64,000 nt of DNA from an uncultured Nitrosomonas sp. Lineage in GTDB: Bacteria; Pseudomonadota; Gammaproteobacteria; Burkholderiales; Nitrosomonadaceae. Below the pieces are notes generated by a model that was not told the origin of the DNA, ran no database searches, and saw only the letters and a program-made list of their open reading frames with translations. The DNA is taken from the NCBI GenBank assembly GCA_964464365.1, contig CAYXFV010000003.1, positions 4,477 through 68,476 on the forward strand. Reading direction: 5' to 3'. Shown in pieces: positions 45,634 to 56,558 of this stretch (its first letter is position 1; the number at the start of each line of letters is the position of its first letter). The position numbers were made by a program, and so were the translations under genes.

Positions 45634-46539
45634 ATGACAGCCGCAATCAAAATCCATCAGGTATCTAAATGTTTTGGCCCGGTCTGCGCGCTCGATCACG
45701 TCGGACTGGAAATTCAGGAAGGCGAGTTTTTTGCCCTGCTGGGGCCGAATGGCGCCGGTAAAACCACGCTGATTAATGTCATTGCCGGGCTGGCCATTGC
45801 CGACAGCGGTTCTGTTCACATCATGGGCCAGCACGTGATTCATCACTACCGGCAGGCGCGGAAGCTGCTGGGTCTGGTGCCGCAGGAGCTTGTTTTTGAT
45901 CCGTTCTTTACCGTTCGTGAGGCGCTCGAGATTCAATCGGGTTACTACGGTATTCGCGGAAACAACGCCTGGATTGACGAAATTATCGAACGGCTTGACC
46001 TGACCGATAAAGCGGACGTCAATATGCGTGCGTTGTCCGGCGGTATGAAACGGCGTGTCATGGTGGCGCAGGCGCTGGTGCATAAACCACCGGTGATTAT
46101 TCTGGATGAACCGACAGCAGGCGTGGATGTGGAACTGCGTCAATCGCTCTGGGATTTTATCCGGCAACTCAATAAGGCAGGCCACACCATCGTATTGACA
46201 ACGCATTATCTGGAAGAGGCCGAAGCATTGTGCAGCCGCGTGGCGATGCTGAAGCAGGGTAAAATCATCGCGCTGAACAACATGCAGCAACTGATTGCCG
46301 CCATGACAACAGGTTATACGCTGCGCTTGCGGCTGCAGCCGGATCAATTGCCCGTGGCGGTGCAGGAAAAACAAACCGGATGCCACAACGGTTTTCATGA
46401 ATTGAAAATCGATGCGTATGCGCAGATTGAATCTGTACTTGCCGAATTACGCCAGGCGCATATTCAGATTCTTGAAATGCAATTGCAGCAACCTGATCTT
46501 GAAGACGTTTTTGTCGATCTGATGCGGCATTACGTTTGA
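45634..46539 (+). CDS. ABC transporter ATP-binding protein (YadG-like)
   Basis: GPNGAGKTT, LSGGMKRRVMVAQALVH, ILDEPTAGVD, TTHYLEEAE. Confidence 0.9.
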   Translation: MTAAIKIHQVSKCFGPVCALDHVGLEIQEGEFFALLGPNGAGKTTLINVIAGLAIADSGSVHIMGQHVIHHYRQARKLLGLVPQELVFDPFFTVREALEIQSGYYGIRGNNAWIDEIIERLDLTDKADVNMRALSGGMKRRVMVAQALVHKPPVIILDEPTAGVDVELRQSLWDFIRQLNKAGHTIVLTTHYLEEAEALCSRVAMLKQGKIIALNNMQQLIAAMTTGYTLRLRLQPDQLPVAVQEKQTGCHNGFHELKIDAYAQIESVLAELRQAHIQILEMQLQQPDLEDVFVDLMRHYV

Positions 46540-46996
46540 AAATAATGAAAGCCGGGAAAAATGTGAAAATAAAGCATGATCTAATTTCAGGAGAAGTGGA
46601 TCCCAATTTTTGGACAGGTGGCTTAGGAGTTATTTTCCCCACATCAACCTGCCTCAAGCAACTTGATGGACTCATAAATAGACCTGATCGGGTGTTGCCA
46701 TCAAGGTTTGATGTTTCCGGTTTTCATTGTAAACCCGAAAATACTTAGCCAGCGATTGTTTGGTCTCGGACGCTGACTCATAGGCATTGAGATAAACTTC
46801 CTCATATTTGACGCTGCGCCACAAACGCTCGACAAACACATTTTTTATGAAGTCACGGATTTTGCAAAGATCTCAGTTGATCAAAATTTGAATAAGCCGA
46901 TGGAGATTCTTTTTTATTTTCCATAATGCATTCTTCTTGTTTGTTTTACCAAAAATCCAGTTGAAATTGTTCGGAAGAAAGCTGATAAATTTTGTA

Positions 46997-48106
46997 CTAC
47001 AGCCGGATGATCGGTTTAATCGTGATACCTTTCTCACTATCTTCAGCGGCCTGATTGATTTGATCGAGAGAATAAAATTTCACCAGTTTATCGAAAGGAA
47101 ATCTTCCCTGTTGATATAGTTCAACGAGTGCCGGAATGAAGAGATCCGGTTTACTATCGCCTTCGATGATCCCGATAATGCGTTTCCCTGTCGTCATCAC
47201 ACCGTTCACATCGAAGCTCGCTTCCGTACCCAAGGCAGGTGCACCGACAATGCCGCATGTTCCCCGAATAGCCAACGCATCGATGGCTTGACGCAATACG
47301 GCCGGGCGTCCGCTCGATTCCAGCGCGAAATCGGCACCGCCGCCGGTAATTTCACGAACTGCTTCGACGGGATCAATTTCCCGGCTGTTGATAGTATGGG
47401 TTGCACCAAGTTCCATCGCCAAGACCAGGCGTGAAGGAACCACATCTGCCGCGATGATTGTGGTAGCACCCGCAACGCGCGCAGCCATCACGGCACTCAA
47501 CCCTACTGCGCCGCCGCCGAATGCGACAAAACTGCTGCCAGGATTGACTTTGAGTGCGTTTATAACGGCTCCGGCACCAGTTTGAATGCCGCAACCCAGC
47601 GGGCCAAGTAGCTCCAAGGGCGCATCGCTGGGAACTTTGATGACGTTACGCTCATGCACGAGCGCAAATGTGCCAAACGACGATTGCCCAAAGAAATGAT
47701 CGTGAACCGGCTCTGAAGTATTACCTGTTGTAAAGGTTGACGTACTGCCGTCTTCACGTGCACCATTGAAATTCAGGGCATAAAAATGCTCGCAATAGGT
47801 CAAATCACCGCGTAAACAGGGCTTGCAGTGGCCACACCACATATAGGTCAGCACAACATGGTCGCCAACAGCGACTTTTTTTACATGGCTGCCAATCTGT
47901 TCGACCACTCCGGAGCCTTCATGCCCTAATACCACCGGCAGCGGCACCTCATAGAGCTGGTCGCGTGCGACCATATCGGTATGGCACATACCTGTTGCTA
48001 CGATCCGCACCCGCACCTCATCGGACCGAGGTTCATCCTGAGCTAATTCTTCGATCTGAAAAGGGCCACCTTTCTGGCGAACAACTGCTGCCTTGATTTT
48101 TCTCAT
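46997..48106 (-). CDS. Zn/NAD(P)-dependent aryl-alcohol dehydrogenase (XylB-like)
   Basis: GMCHTD, GHEGSG, CGHCKPC...C structural Zn site, [22 protein letters not shown]. Confidence 0.88.
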   Translation of the reverse strand: MRKIKAAVVRQKGGPFQIEELAQDEPRSDEVRVRIVATGMCHTDMVARDQLYEVPLPVVLGHEGSGVVEQIGSHVKKVAVGDHVVLTYMWCGHCKPCLRGDLTYCEHFYALNFNGAREDGSTSTFTTGNTSEPVHDHFFGQSSFGTFALVHERNVIKVPSDAPLELLGPLGCGIQTGAGAVINALKVNPGSSFVAFGGGAVGLSAVMAARVAGATTIIAADVVPSRLVLAMELGATHTINSREIDPVEAVREITGGGADFALESSGRPAVLRQAIDALAIRGTCGIVGAPALGTEASFDVNGVMTTGKRIIGIIEGDSKPDLFIPALVELYQQGRFPFDKLVKFYSLDQINQAAEDSEKGITIKPIIRL

Positions 48107-48156
48107 GGGTACCTCCGCTTTGGAATGGTTATTTTCTGTTCAGAGTCAAGATGAAA

Positions 48157-49701
48157 CTAGCGAATGCCCGATTTTCCCGGTGCAAGGATTCCATTCGGAT
48201 CCAACGCTTTTTTAAGTGTTTTGTGAACATTTCTCTGCACCGGACCATAAGTTTCTGCGACTTTATCCATAAAAGCCGTATTGACCCGATAAATGCCATA
48301 TCCTCGCGCAGAGAATTCGGTCAGCAATTCATCGAAGCACTGGTAAGCCGCTTTCGTCTGTTCGGGATCAGTCTTGTCGTACAGGACATCAACAATATGA
48401 TGCATATCACGCATCCCGACGATAAACTCGCCGGAATAATCCAGTCCGTACTTGGCCAGTATTTGCTTGGTCAAGGCCATTTGTTTAAGGGTTTCACTGC
48501 CACGCGCTTGTGAGACGGGCGCAAACCACATCGATCCACCACCTCCGCGCCAGTTATATAAGGAAAATTCCGTCAGTGTCATTTCTCCGCGCATGAGCTT
48601 GGCGCGGTAAGCAAACGCAGGATCATCCGCCGCTTCCTGCTCCGTCAGGATTTTTGCCTTGCCCGATTGGTCGAATGCCTGTGTCACGATTTTCCAATTC
48701 ACATCAATCTGTTCCTGTGTGCCATAGAGTGCGGCATACACATTCCAGATTCCCAGTTTGTGATCTTTCATGATTCGATAAACTGCCTCATCCGGGATCG
48801 AGCCCGGCCCGGATACATAATCACTACGCTGGGCTTTTACGGGTGCCTCATACAGCGCATGAGCGATGACCACAGCATTGGGAATGACACCGCTGATACG
48901 CAACGGACGAATCGTTTCGACGATTTCGACGATATCTTCTTCCTGTTGATATTGAATGACAAACGGCTTGAATGCTGGTGGCTCGGGCATCAACCAAAAA
49001 CCGAATTTGGTGACGATGCCATAGTTGGATTGCGTAAAAATACCATCCAGGTAAGGACCATACCCCCATTTGAATACCTGCCAGGTGTTGGAGTTGGGCA
49101 TCGAGCCCATGCCGGTGCGCAGTACTTCGCCATTTGCCAGAACGACTTCCATGCCGCAAGCGAATAAAAAGTGTTCGCCATAGGGTGTGTAACCCACGCC
49201 GCGATCCAGCGTATTGCCAACCGGTCCCGCGATGGCGGAGGGCGCGGGCATCGACAGCCATAAGCCCAGTTTGTGCTCTTTGATGTAATCGTAGAGTTGC
49301 TGATAAGTTACGCCCGGTTCAACCAGGGCAAAAGCTAAATCCTTATCCACTTCGAGAATGCGATTCATGCGTTTCAAATCAAGCACCACCTGGCCACGCT
49401 CTGCCGGTGCTGCCGAGCCATAGCCCAAGTTTTTTCCGGTGGAAATCATCCAGATCGGTACTTTGTATTGATTGCAAATCGCAACGATTTTCTGGATTTG
49501 TTCGACGGTTGTGGCCAGTAGTGCCGCGGACGGCGTATGCTCCGCATCGGAAACCGGCATCATTGTCTTAATGTAAGGTGCAAGCTGTTCTGCGCTGGTA
49601 AGCACAGAATCATCACCCAGTACCTTGCGAAAATCATTGATGGCTGCATCGAAGTTTTTTTTGGAAACGCCTTTGGGCAATGCGATATATTGACTGGTCA
49701 T
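48157..49701 (-). CDS. pchF: p-cresol methylhydroxylase-type flavoprotein subunit (VAO/PCMH family)
   Basis: STGKNLGYG, GNTLDRGVGYTPYG, and EFSLYNWRGGGGSMWFAPVS containing the Tyr that carries O-tyrosyl FAD in PchF; RDMHH.VDVLY; DPNGILAPGKSGI. Confidence 0.88.
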   Translation of the reverse strand: MTSQYIALPKGVSKKNFDAAINDFRKVLGDDSVLTSAEQLAPYIKTMMPVSDAEHTPSAALLATTVEQIQKIVAICNQYKVPIWMISTGKNLGYGSAAPAERGQVVLDLKRMNRILEVDKDLAFALVEPGVTYQQLYDYIKEHKLGLWLSMPAPSAIAGPVGNTLDRGVGYTPYGEHFLFACGMEVVLANGEVLRTGMGSMPNSNTWQVFKWGYGPYLDGIFTQSNYGIVTKFGFWLMPEPPAFKPFVIQYQQEEDIVEIVETIRPLRISGVIPNAVVIAHALYEAPVKAQRSDYVSGPGSIPDEAVYRIMKDHKLGIWNVYAALYGTQEQIDVNWKIVTQAFDQSGKAKILTEQEAADDPAFAYRAKLMRGEMTLTEFSLYNWRGGGGSMWFAPVSQARGSETLKQMALTKQILAKYGLDYSGEFIVGMRDMHHIVDVLYDKTDPEQTKAAYQCFDELLTEFSARGYGIYRVNTAFMDKVAETYGPVQRNVHKTLKKALDPNGILAPGKSGIR

Positions 49702-49713
49702 GCTGTGTTCTCC

Positions 49714-50664
49714 CTATACGTCGATTACAAACGAGACGAAATGTTTCCCCGACAATCCATGATGATCCGGATAGTGCTGACCCGACCGATGCACGAATGC
49801 GCGGCTGGAGCATGATTCTTGATGCGTACCCATACCCAATGCAGTTGCTACAACCGCATAACCGGTAGTTTCTACCCAGTTGTCAAATCGGAGCGGTTCA
49901 ATTGTTGTTCCCACCGCTGTTTTGTTTTGATCGATGGAAGATTCATCACCCTGGGATGATATTGATTTCCAATTTTCTGATGCTTTCCAGCCAATCAGTT
50001 GACTGGCTTCCAGCGGAGAAACTCCGGCACAATGCAAATGAGTTGCGGGTTGCTCAGCCAGCCAATAAGACGAGAACTCCGCTAATGATGAATCTTTCAT
50101 TGCACTATTATCTCCCACCGTTTGTTCAAGAAAATTCTCGACAATAGAGAAATCATGCTGATTTTGGGTGAGCAGGGACGCCAGTATTCCTCCCGCGCTG
50201 TATGCCGGTAATGCGGTAGTCCACACATGTCTCATAGGGAAGGAAGCATCATTGCTGGAAGAAGAGATATGTGAACCCAGTGAAAGCAGGCGGCCTTCAA
50301 AATTTCTTATCAATTCAGTAAATATGGCCGCACTGGCATGATCCATGACAGCAATCCAACGCATATTACGGGATTGCGTCAATAAATCCACGATGTGCAG
50401 CGGGTTGGTTAATAGCTCATTTTCTAATTTAAATGCCGGTAATGTGCCTTGACGGTAATTGATATAGCGGGTGCAAGCGGCCTGAGCGCCTCTGGCAAAT
50501 GCTTCGTCTATGGGGGTATTACCCAGTAACAGCTGACAATTGCGCGTGCTACCGGAGAGCGTTTGGCTGATGGATACTGCTTGAGTGACTGTAGGAATAC
50601 CGAAGGCCAGCAAGGTTCCACCAGTGAGCATGCCTTTGATGAGGCTACGTCGCGTTTCATCCAT
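49714..50664 (-). CDS. Hypothetical protein in the pchX position, with a twin-arginine-like N-terminus
   Basis: Begins MDETRRSLIKGMLTGGTLLAFGIPTVTQA; lies between the pchC-like and pchF-like genes. Confidence 0.7.
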   Translation of the reverse strand: MDETRRSLIKGMLTGGTLLAFGIPTVTQAVSISQTLSGSTRNCQLLLGNTPIDEAFARGAQAACTRYINYRQGTLPAFKLENELLTNPLHIVDLLTQSRNMRWIAVMDHASAAIFTELIRNFEGRLLSLGSHISSSSNDASFPMRHVWTTALPAYSAGGILASLLTQNQHDFSIVENFLEQTVGDNSAMKDSSLAEFSSYWLAEQPATHLHCAGVSPLEASQLIGWKASENWKSISSQGDESSIDQNKTAVGTTIEPLRFDNWVETTGYAVVATALGMGTHQESCSSRAFVHRSGQHYPDHHGLSGKHFVSFVIDV

Positions 50665-50678
50665 GGAATGTGACCTCC

Positions 50679-51008
50679 TTAATGCTGAGCTTCTTTTTTT
50701 GAAATGAAATCCGCTAGTTTTGCTAATGACTCGTCGTCGATTTCTGAAGTACGAAAGGCGGGCATGGCCCGATTTCCATTGCGAACGACTGCACGGATAT
50801 AAATTGCAGGAAGTTCGCGATTGCGAATTGGCGGCCCGACATGGGCTTCATGACAATAAGCGCAAATTTTGGCGTAAATTTCCGCGCCATCTTTCCATGC
50901 AAATCCAGGAGTGGTTTTCTCATCTTGTGCTGACCATGCGTTACCGGCCACAAAAATGATTGCAACTATGCAGCCGACTATATAGCTTCCCAATTTTGTT
51001 TTTTTCAT
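50679..51008 (-). CDS. pchC: Cytochrome c subunit of p-cresol methylhydroxylase type
   Basis: Sec signal, CAYCH heme motif, YIRAVVRNGNRAMPAF...IDDESL typical of PchC. RBS ggag before ATG 51008 (alternative start 51026). Confidence 0.85.
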   Translation of the reverse strand: MKKTKLGSYIVGCIVAIIFVAGNAWSAQDEKTTPGFAWKDGAEIYAKICAYCHEAHVGPPIRNRELPAIYIRAVVRNGNRAMPAFRTSEIDDESLAKLADFISKKEAQH

Positions 51009-51033
51009 ATGAATTCTCCCTTCCATGATCCTG

Positions 51034-51852
51034 TTACCACAGCAAACTCGTCACTTTCTTTCCCATAATTTCATCATTGAATACCACCTTGGCTATGGGT
51101 GAACCGACGCAAGCGATACCATAGCAAACATGCAAGGGCAATAAATGCTCTTCCCTCGGATGACAAAATCGAGCAGAGGGTGCCTTCTCCCACTCAATCA
51201 ATCGTTGTTCACGTGCTTCAGATAAAATCACCGGGTTGGTACACGTTTCAATCAACCAATGATCAAACCCTTCATTTTCTTTGCTGCAATCGATATCGTT
51301 CGAGAAAAATGTTTTCAAATTATGAAATGACATGCCTGAACCAATAATCAGAATATTCTTCTCACGTAAAGATGCAATCGCTTTTCCAAGCGAAATATGC
51401 ATTCGAGGGTTTAAATTTTTCAGCAATGATAGCTGGATACAAGGAATCCGGGTCTGCGGAAACATCAGCTTGAGCGGCACAAACAATCCATGATCAAAAC
51501 CGCGTTGATCATCAAGTCTCGCCGGTACACCGCTTGCCATTAATAGCGCATAAATTTCTTTCGCCAGCCCGGGATTACCCGGTGCCGCATATTGAATTGT
51601 GTAGGCCTCAGCAGGAAACCCATAGTAATCATAGATTATTTCAGGGTTATTACCACTTGTTATCGTTGCTTGAACTTCTTCCCAGTGAGCACTGATGACT
51701 AAAATCGCCGATGGTTCACCCAGCTCACTGACAATTTTCTTCAGAAAAGAAACCATCTCTTCATGCCCTCTGTCACCAAGAACAGGTAATGGGCCACCGC
51801 CGTGCGGCAAATACAGAACAGGTGAAAGCACTTGTGATATCTGGCGCGTCAT
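51034..51852 (-). CDS. Class III extradiol dioxygenase, DODA/YgiD (LigB) family
   Basis: LPHGGGP, ISAHW, RGFDHGLFVPL, GSGMSFHNL, HPREEHLLPL. Confidence 0.88.
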   Translation of the reverse strand: MTRQISQVLSPVLYLPHGGGPLPVLGDRGHEEMVSFLKKIVSELGEPSAILVISAHWEEVQATITSGNNPEIIYDYYGFPAEAYTIQYAAPGNPGLAKEIYALLMASGVPARLDDQRGFDHGLFVPLKLMFPQTRIPCIQLSLLKNLNPRMHISLGKAIASLREKNILIIGSGMSFHNLKTFFSNDIDCSKENEGFDHWLIETCTNPVILSEAREQRLIEWEKAPSARFCHPREEHLLPLHVCYGIACVGSPIAKVVFNDEIMGKKVTSLLW

Positions 51853-51909
51853 CGTTAAAAACTTCCGCTCGTGGAGCGGAGTATTTTATTAAGCCTGTGT
51901 ACTATCTGA

Positions 51910-52515
51910 CTATTCACGGCATAGTTTGCCGGCCACTTGCGCGACATGAGCGCCCTGAAAGCGTGCAATTTTTATTTCATTGTCTGACGGCTGGCGTTTG
52001 CCATCGCCACCGGCCAGCGTGCTTGCCCCATACGGTGAACCGCCGGTGATTTCACTCATGTTCATGATCTCCTGACAGGAATAGGGAACACCCACGATGA
52101 TCATACCGTGATGGAGTAAGGTGGTGTGAAATGAGGTTATCGTGGTTTCCTGGCCGCCGTGCTGGGTGCCGGTAGACGTAAATACACTGCCTACTTTGCC
52201 GATCAGTCCGCCGCTCAGCCATAATCGACCTGTCTGGTCCAGAAAATTGCGCATTTGCGCGCACATATTGCCGAAACGTGTAGGCGTACCGAAGATAATG
52301 GCATCATAGCTTGATAGCTCATCAACGGTTGCAATGGGCGCTGCCTGATCAAGCTTAGCACCGACCTTTCGTGCCACTTCCTCTGACATGAGTTCGGGGA
52401 CGCGTTTGATGATAACCTCGGTATTTTCGACGTTGCGTGCACCTTCAGCTACCGCGTTGGCCATGATTTCGATATGACCATACATGCTGTAATACAGGAT
52501 AAGAACTTTTGCCAT
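51910..52515 (-). CDS. wrbA: NAD(P)H:quinone oxidoreductase WrbA
   Basis: [38 protein letters not shown]. Confidence 0.93.
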   Translation of the reverse strand: MAKVLILYYSMYGHIEIMANAVAEGARNVENTEVIIKRVPELMSEEVARKVGAKLDQAAPIATVDELSSYDAIIFGTPTRFGNMCAQMRNFLDQTGRLWLSGGLIGKVGSVFTSTGTQHGGQETTITSFHTTLLHHGMIIVGVPYSCQEIMNMSEITGGSPYGASTLAGGDGKRQPSDNEIKIARFQGAHVAQVAGKLCRE

Positions 52516-52644
52516 ATTGCACCTCCCGGTTTTATGTGAGCGCCACTAAATCTATGTAAAGATTATATAATACTCGTTCTGACTAGCTGGCATTAATATG
52601 CTGAAAATAAAAAATCAGAAAGTATTATTTCAAACCTTCCATAT

Positions 52645-55002
52645 TTACTCCAGCTTGGTAGTACGCAACCGCAATGCATTGCCAATCACGCTGACTGAAG
52701 ATAGCGCCATCGCAGCCGCAGCAAAAATCGGTGACAGCAAGATACCGAAGAACGGATACAGCACTCCGGCTGCGATCGGTATGCCAGCCGTATTGTAGAT
52801 AAAGGCGAAAAACAGATTTTGGCGGATGTTACGCATTGTCGCCGCGGAGAGGCGTCGTGCCCGGACAATGCCTAGTAGATCACCGCGTAGCAAGGTTACA
52901 CCAGCGCTTTCGATCGCGACATCAGTGCCCGTACCCATGGCGATGCCAACATCGGCAGTAGCCAGTGCTGGGGCATCGTTGACACCATCGCCCGCCATTG
53001 TGACCACGCGTCCTTGCTTGCGCAACCGTGCCACAACCGCTGCCTTCTGGTCAGGTAACACTTCCGCATCTACCTCGTCGATACCCAATTGCCGGGCAAC
53101 AGCCTCGGCCGTAATGCGGTTGTCGCCGGTTAGCATGACGATGCGAATTCCCTCGGCATGCAAGGCATCGATAGCGGCAGGCGTCGATTCCTTCACTGGA
53201 TCAGCGATGGCGACTATACCAGCGGCCACCCCATTGATCGCCACGAAAATCGCTGTCGCTCCATCCTGACGCAGTGCATCTGCTTCCGTTTCTAGCACAC
53301 CGGCGTCGATACCCTGTTCCGCAAGGAATTTTGCGTTGCCCAGTACAATCTGGTGATCATCGACGATACCGAGCACGCCCTTGCCGGTCGGCGAGTCGAA
53401 GTCGGTTATCTTGGCAAGCGGGATCGACCGTTCCTTGGCCGCATCGACGATGGCGGCGGCCAGTGGATGTTCACTTCCCTGCTCCAGACTGGCTGCGAGA
53501 CGCAGCAGCTCAGTTTCGTCCATATCACCCGCAGGGCAGATTGCCGTGACTCTGGGCCTGCCTTCGGTCAGCGTGCCGGTCTTGTCGATCACGATCGTGT
53601 CGATTTTTTCCATATGCTCCAACGCTTCGGCATTTTTGATCAGAACACCTTCGGTCGCACCTCGCCCGACGCCAACCATGATCGACATCGGTGTCGCCAG
53701 GCCTAACGCGCACGGACAGGCGATAATCAGTACGCTGACGGCTACGATCAGGGCATAACCCATGGTTGGCGACGGACCCCAGACCGACCAGGCAGCAAAG
53801 GCGAGTACGGCGATCAGAATGACTGCTGGCACGAACCAGCTAGCAACGATGTCCGCCAAGCGCTGAATCGGTGCACGCGAGCGCTGCGCTTGCGATACCA
53901 TCCGGACGATCTGTGCCAGCATCGTGTCACGTCCAACTTTCTCAGCGCGCATCACGAAACTGCCCTGGCCATTGATGGTGCCGCCGATCACTTTGTCTTC
54001 GGGCTGCTTGCGAACCGGCATGGATTCACCGGTTACCATCGATTCGTCAATGTTTGAGCCACCTTCGATCACTTTACCGTCGACGGGTACTCGGTCGCCG
54101 GGACGGACCCGCAGGCGGTCACCTACTACCACCTGATCCAGGTTGATATCCCTTTCTACATCGTTATCATCAAGACGACGCGCCATAGTGGGCGACAAAT
54201 TGAGCAAGGCCTTTATCGCGCCAGAGGTGCGTTCGCGTGCCCGTAATTCCAGTACCTGACCCAACAGTACCAGCACGGTGATGACCGCCGCCGCCTCGAA
54301 ATAAACCGCAACCGCTCCATCGGCGCTGCGAAAGGTATCAGGAAAGAAATCGGGCACAACGGTTGCCACGATGCTATAGAGCCAGGCAACGCCAGTACCC
54401 ATCGCAATCAGTGTGAACATATTTAGCGCGCGATTCACGATAGATTGCCAGCCGCGCACAAAGAACGGCCATCCTGCCCACAAAACGACCGGTGTCGCCA
54501 ATGGCAATTGTATCCAATTGGAAGTCTGCGTAGACATTAGGTGTGCGAGCCCGATTAGATGGCCGCCCATCTCCAAAATGAAGACTGGTGTGGTTAATAT
54601 CAGGCCAATCCAGAAGCGACGAGTCATATCGGCGAGTTCCGGACTAGGCGCATCGTCGAGCGACACTTCTGCCGGTTCCAATGCCATGCCGCAGATCGGA
54701 CAACTTCCTGGCCCGACCTGCCGGATTTGTGGGTGCATCGGACAGGTATAGATAGTGTCGGATGTGGATTCCTCGATTGGAATCTTGCCCGCTAGATAAA
54801 TATCGGGTCCGGCCACGAATTTGTCGTGACAGTGGGCAGAGCAGAAATAGTAAGTCTGCTCACCATGCTCAGCGCGATGCTTTGTTGTATGTGAATCGAC
54901 CGCCATGCCGCAGACGGGATCAGTTGCCATGGCACGGTGGTTCATGTGATGATCGTTGTCATGTTGTGCATGTTTTTGATAGTCTTGAGTCATGACTTGC
55001 AA
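52645..55002 (-). CDS. copA: P1B-type heavy-metal (Cu+/Ag+) ATPase with His-rich leader, YHS domain and CPMHP domain
   Basis: DPVCGM...YYFCS..C, YTCPMHP...[41 protein letters not shown] and MALSS Cu(I) ligands. Confidence 0.92.
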   Translation of the reverse strand: MQVMTQDYQKHAQHDNDHHMNHRAMATDPVCGMAVDSHTTKHRAEHGEQTYYFCSAHCHDKFVAGPDIYLAGKIPIEESTSDTIYTCPMHPQIRQVGPGSCPICGMALEPAEVSLDDAPSPELADMTRRFWIGLILTTPVFILEMGGHLIGLAHLMSTQTSNWIQLPLATPVVLWAGWPFFVRGWQSIVNRALNMFTLIAMGTGVAWLYSIVATVVPDFFPDTFRSADGAVAVYFEAAAVITVLVLLGQVLELRARERTSGAIKALLNLSPTMARRLDDNDVERDINLDQVVVGDRLRVRPGDRVPVDGKVIEGGSNIDESMVTGESMPVRKQPEDKVIGGTINGQGSFVMRAEKVGRDTMLAQIVRMVSQAQRSRAPIQRLADIVASWFVPAVILIAVLAFAAWSVWGPSPTMGYALIVAVSVLIIACPCALGLATPMSIMVGVGRGATEGVLIKNAEALEHMEKIDTIVIDKTGTLTEGRPRVTAICPAGDMDETELLRLAASLEQGSEHPLAAAIVDAAKERSIPLAKITDFDSPTGKGVLGIVDDHQIVLGNAKFLAEQGIDAGVLETEADALRQDGATAIFVAINGVAAGIVAIADPVKESTPAAIDALHAEGIRIVMLTGDNRITAEAVARQLGIDEVDAEVLPDQKAAVVARLRKQGRVVTMAGDGVNDAPALATADVGIAMGTGTDVAIESAGVTLLRGDLLGIVRARRLSAATMRNIRQNLFFAFIYNTAGIPIAAGVLYPFFGILLSPIFAAAAMALSSVSVIGNALRLRTTKLE

Positions 55003-55944
55003 TCCTTATAGAACGGGCGTTTCCGTGTTTCGGTACTTTTCCGGCTGATCATATTTTGGTGCTGATAGCCAGTCGCAAGCTCAAACTATTAGTTGTAACT
55101 ATAGGAAATATAAATACTTTTTTCCATAAAAAATATAGGTATCCAGAATTAAATAGGTTGTCAAACTGTTAAAATCCGATGTAACTGAATACTTATTAAG
55201 AAAAATGAACGATTCTAAATGATGAAAGAGAGTAGAAATATGATTACAAAAAAATATGGAATTTAATGAAGCCAGATGTATTCATCCATTTCACTTTTAA
55301 CCTTAAACTTAATTTTAATCAATAGAATTCTGAGACTCACATTCAATTATGCGTAGAAAAAGCAATTTTATGTGCATAGCACATGTGGTGAAATAATTGT
55401 CGTTTCTTGCTGTTAGATATGATAAGTATGATGAAACTTTATAGGTATTTAGTATGAAGCGCTTGCATAATCTAGTTGTTGTATAGGGTAGTTGGTTCAC
55501 TGCGGGTGTCATCGCCAGTTTGTATCACCTATACATACCTCCGTAGTAAAGCTCCAATTGAAGTCTTTTGCGACAAGCAAGAAAGCGGAGAACCATATTC
55601 GATCAGCAGGAGATTGAAGCATGAAAAATGCCAAGTTGAGCTATTTGTTTCTGATTTTCGTACTTACCGTGCTCTGATTTGTGGCGGATGGGGTTATCTC
55701 AAAGGCTGTAAAAAAATTATCAAGATGCGGCCACAACAAATCCTGAGGGTCTCTCCACCATTACCTGGGTCATAATAATTGAACTGTTGAGAAAAGCTTT
55801 TAGGAACGATTAAATGCGATTTTCTTCTTGTCTACCTTACTGATAATAGTGCTTGAAATTGATCCTTTATTGGTTTAACGTTTAAACCAGTTGCCAATCA
55901 ATAAGCTGGATTGGACATCCACCAGTCAGAAAGGACTAAGCAAT

Positions 55945-56466
55945 ATGTTCAATTTAGGTTCCATGCTCAATTTAGGCTCCACTGAGCCGGTCATAAGCAA
56001 GGCGCATACAATAGTAGAATGCCCGGCCAGTGAGATTTTCCAGTATCTCGGAGAAGGTTTATTCGAGAATTATCCCAAATGGTCGCCAGAGGTTAAAGAG
56101 CTTGAACAAATCACTCCTGGGCCGGTAAAGCTGGGAACTGAAGGGCGGCAAGTGCGTGTTGATCAGGGACGTCGTACAGAATCCAAGTTTAAAATTTCTA
56201 CGTATGAACCCGGTCTACGTTTAACGCTTATAGGGGTATCCGATCCTTATCGCTGTACGTATGAATTACAGGCTATTAATCCTGAAAATTCAACCAAGCT
56301 AACATTTTCTTTTGAGCTGCTTGAAATTCTGGCGATTATGCGACCTTTCGAAGGGCTAGTCCGAATCGCCATAAAGGATGGTGCAGAGCGAACAGTTCAG
56401 AATATCAAACGTTTGGTCGAGGCAGAAAAAGCCAAGGGCGCTTCGGTTAATCAAAAATCACTTTAA
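55945..56466 (+). CDS. SRPBCC/START (polyketide cyclase-like) family protein
   Basis: NYPKWSPEVKELEQITPGPVKLGT pattern. RBS aagga before ATG 55945. The N-terminal MFNLGS/MLNLGS repeat comes from an 18-bp tandem duplication. Confidence 0.75.
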   Translation: MFNLGSMLNLGSTEPVISKAHTIVECPASEIFQYLGEGLFENYPKWSPEVKELEQITPGPVKLGTEGRQVRVDQGRRTESKFKISTYEPGLRLTLIGVSDPYRCTYELQAINPENSTKLTFSFELLEILAIMRPFEGLVRIAIKDGAERTVQNIKRLVEAEKAKGASVNQKSL

Positions 56467-56558
56467 ATCATACGATATAGCAGCCTAAGTATCTAATAAT
56501 AAATAATGAACACTTGTGATGGGTGTTTTGTAAACCAGTTAAGGTTAAAGGAGGACTG

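Noticed and set aside
44581-46398. 318-aa and 256-aa minus-strand ORFs over mlaC/mlaB and the ABC ATPase
   Set aside because: Shadow ORFs typical of ABC and mla genes; no independent motifs or RBS.
48157-49701. Calling the flavoprotein a vanillyl-alcohol/eugenol oxidase
   Set aside because: It has the PchF-type LYNWRGGGG Tyr motif and a linked cytochrome c subunit, pointing to a flavocytochrome methylhydroxylase. The exact substrate remains unknown.
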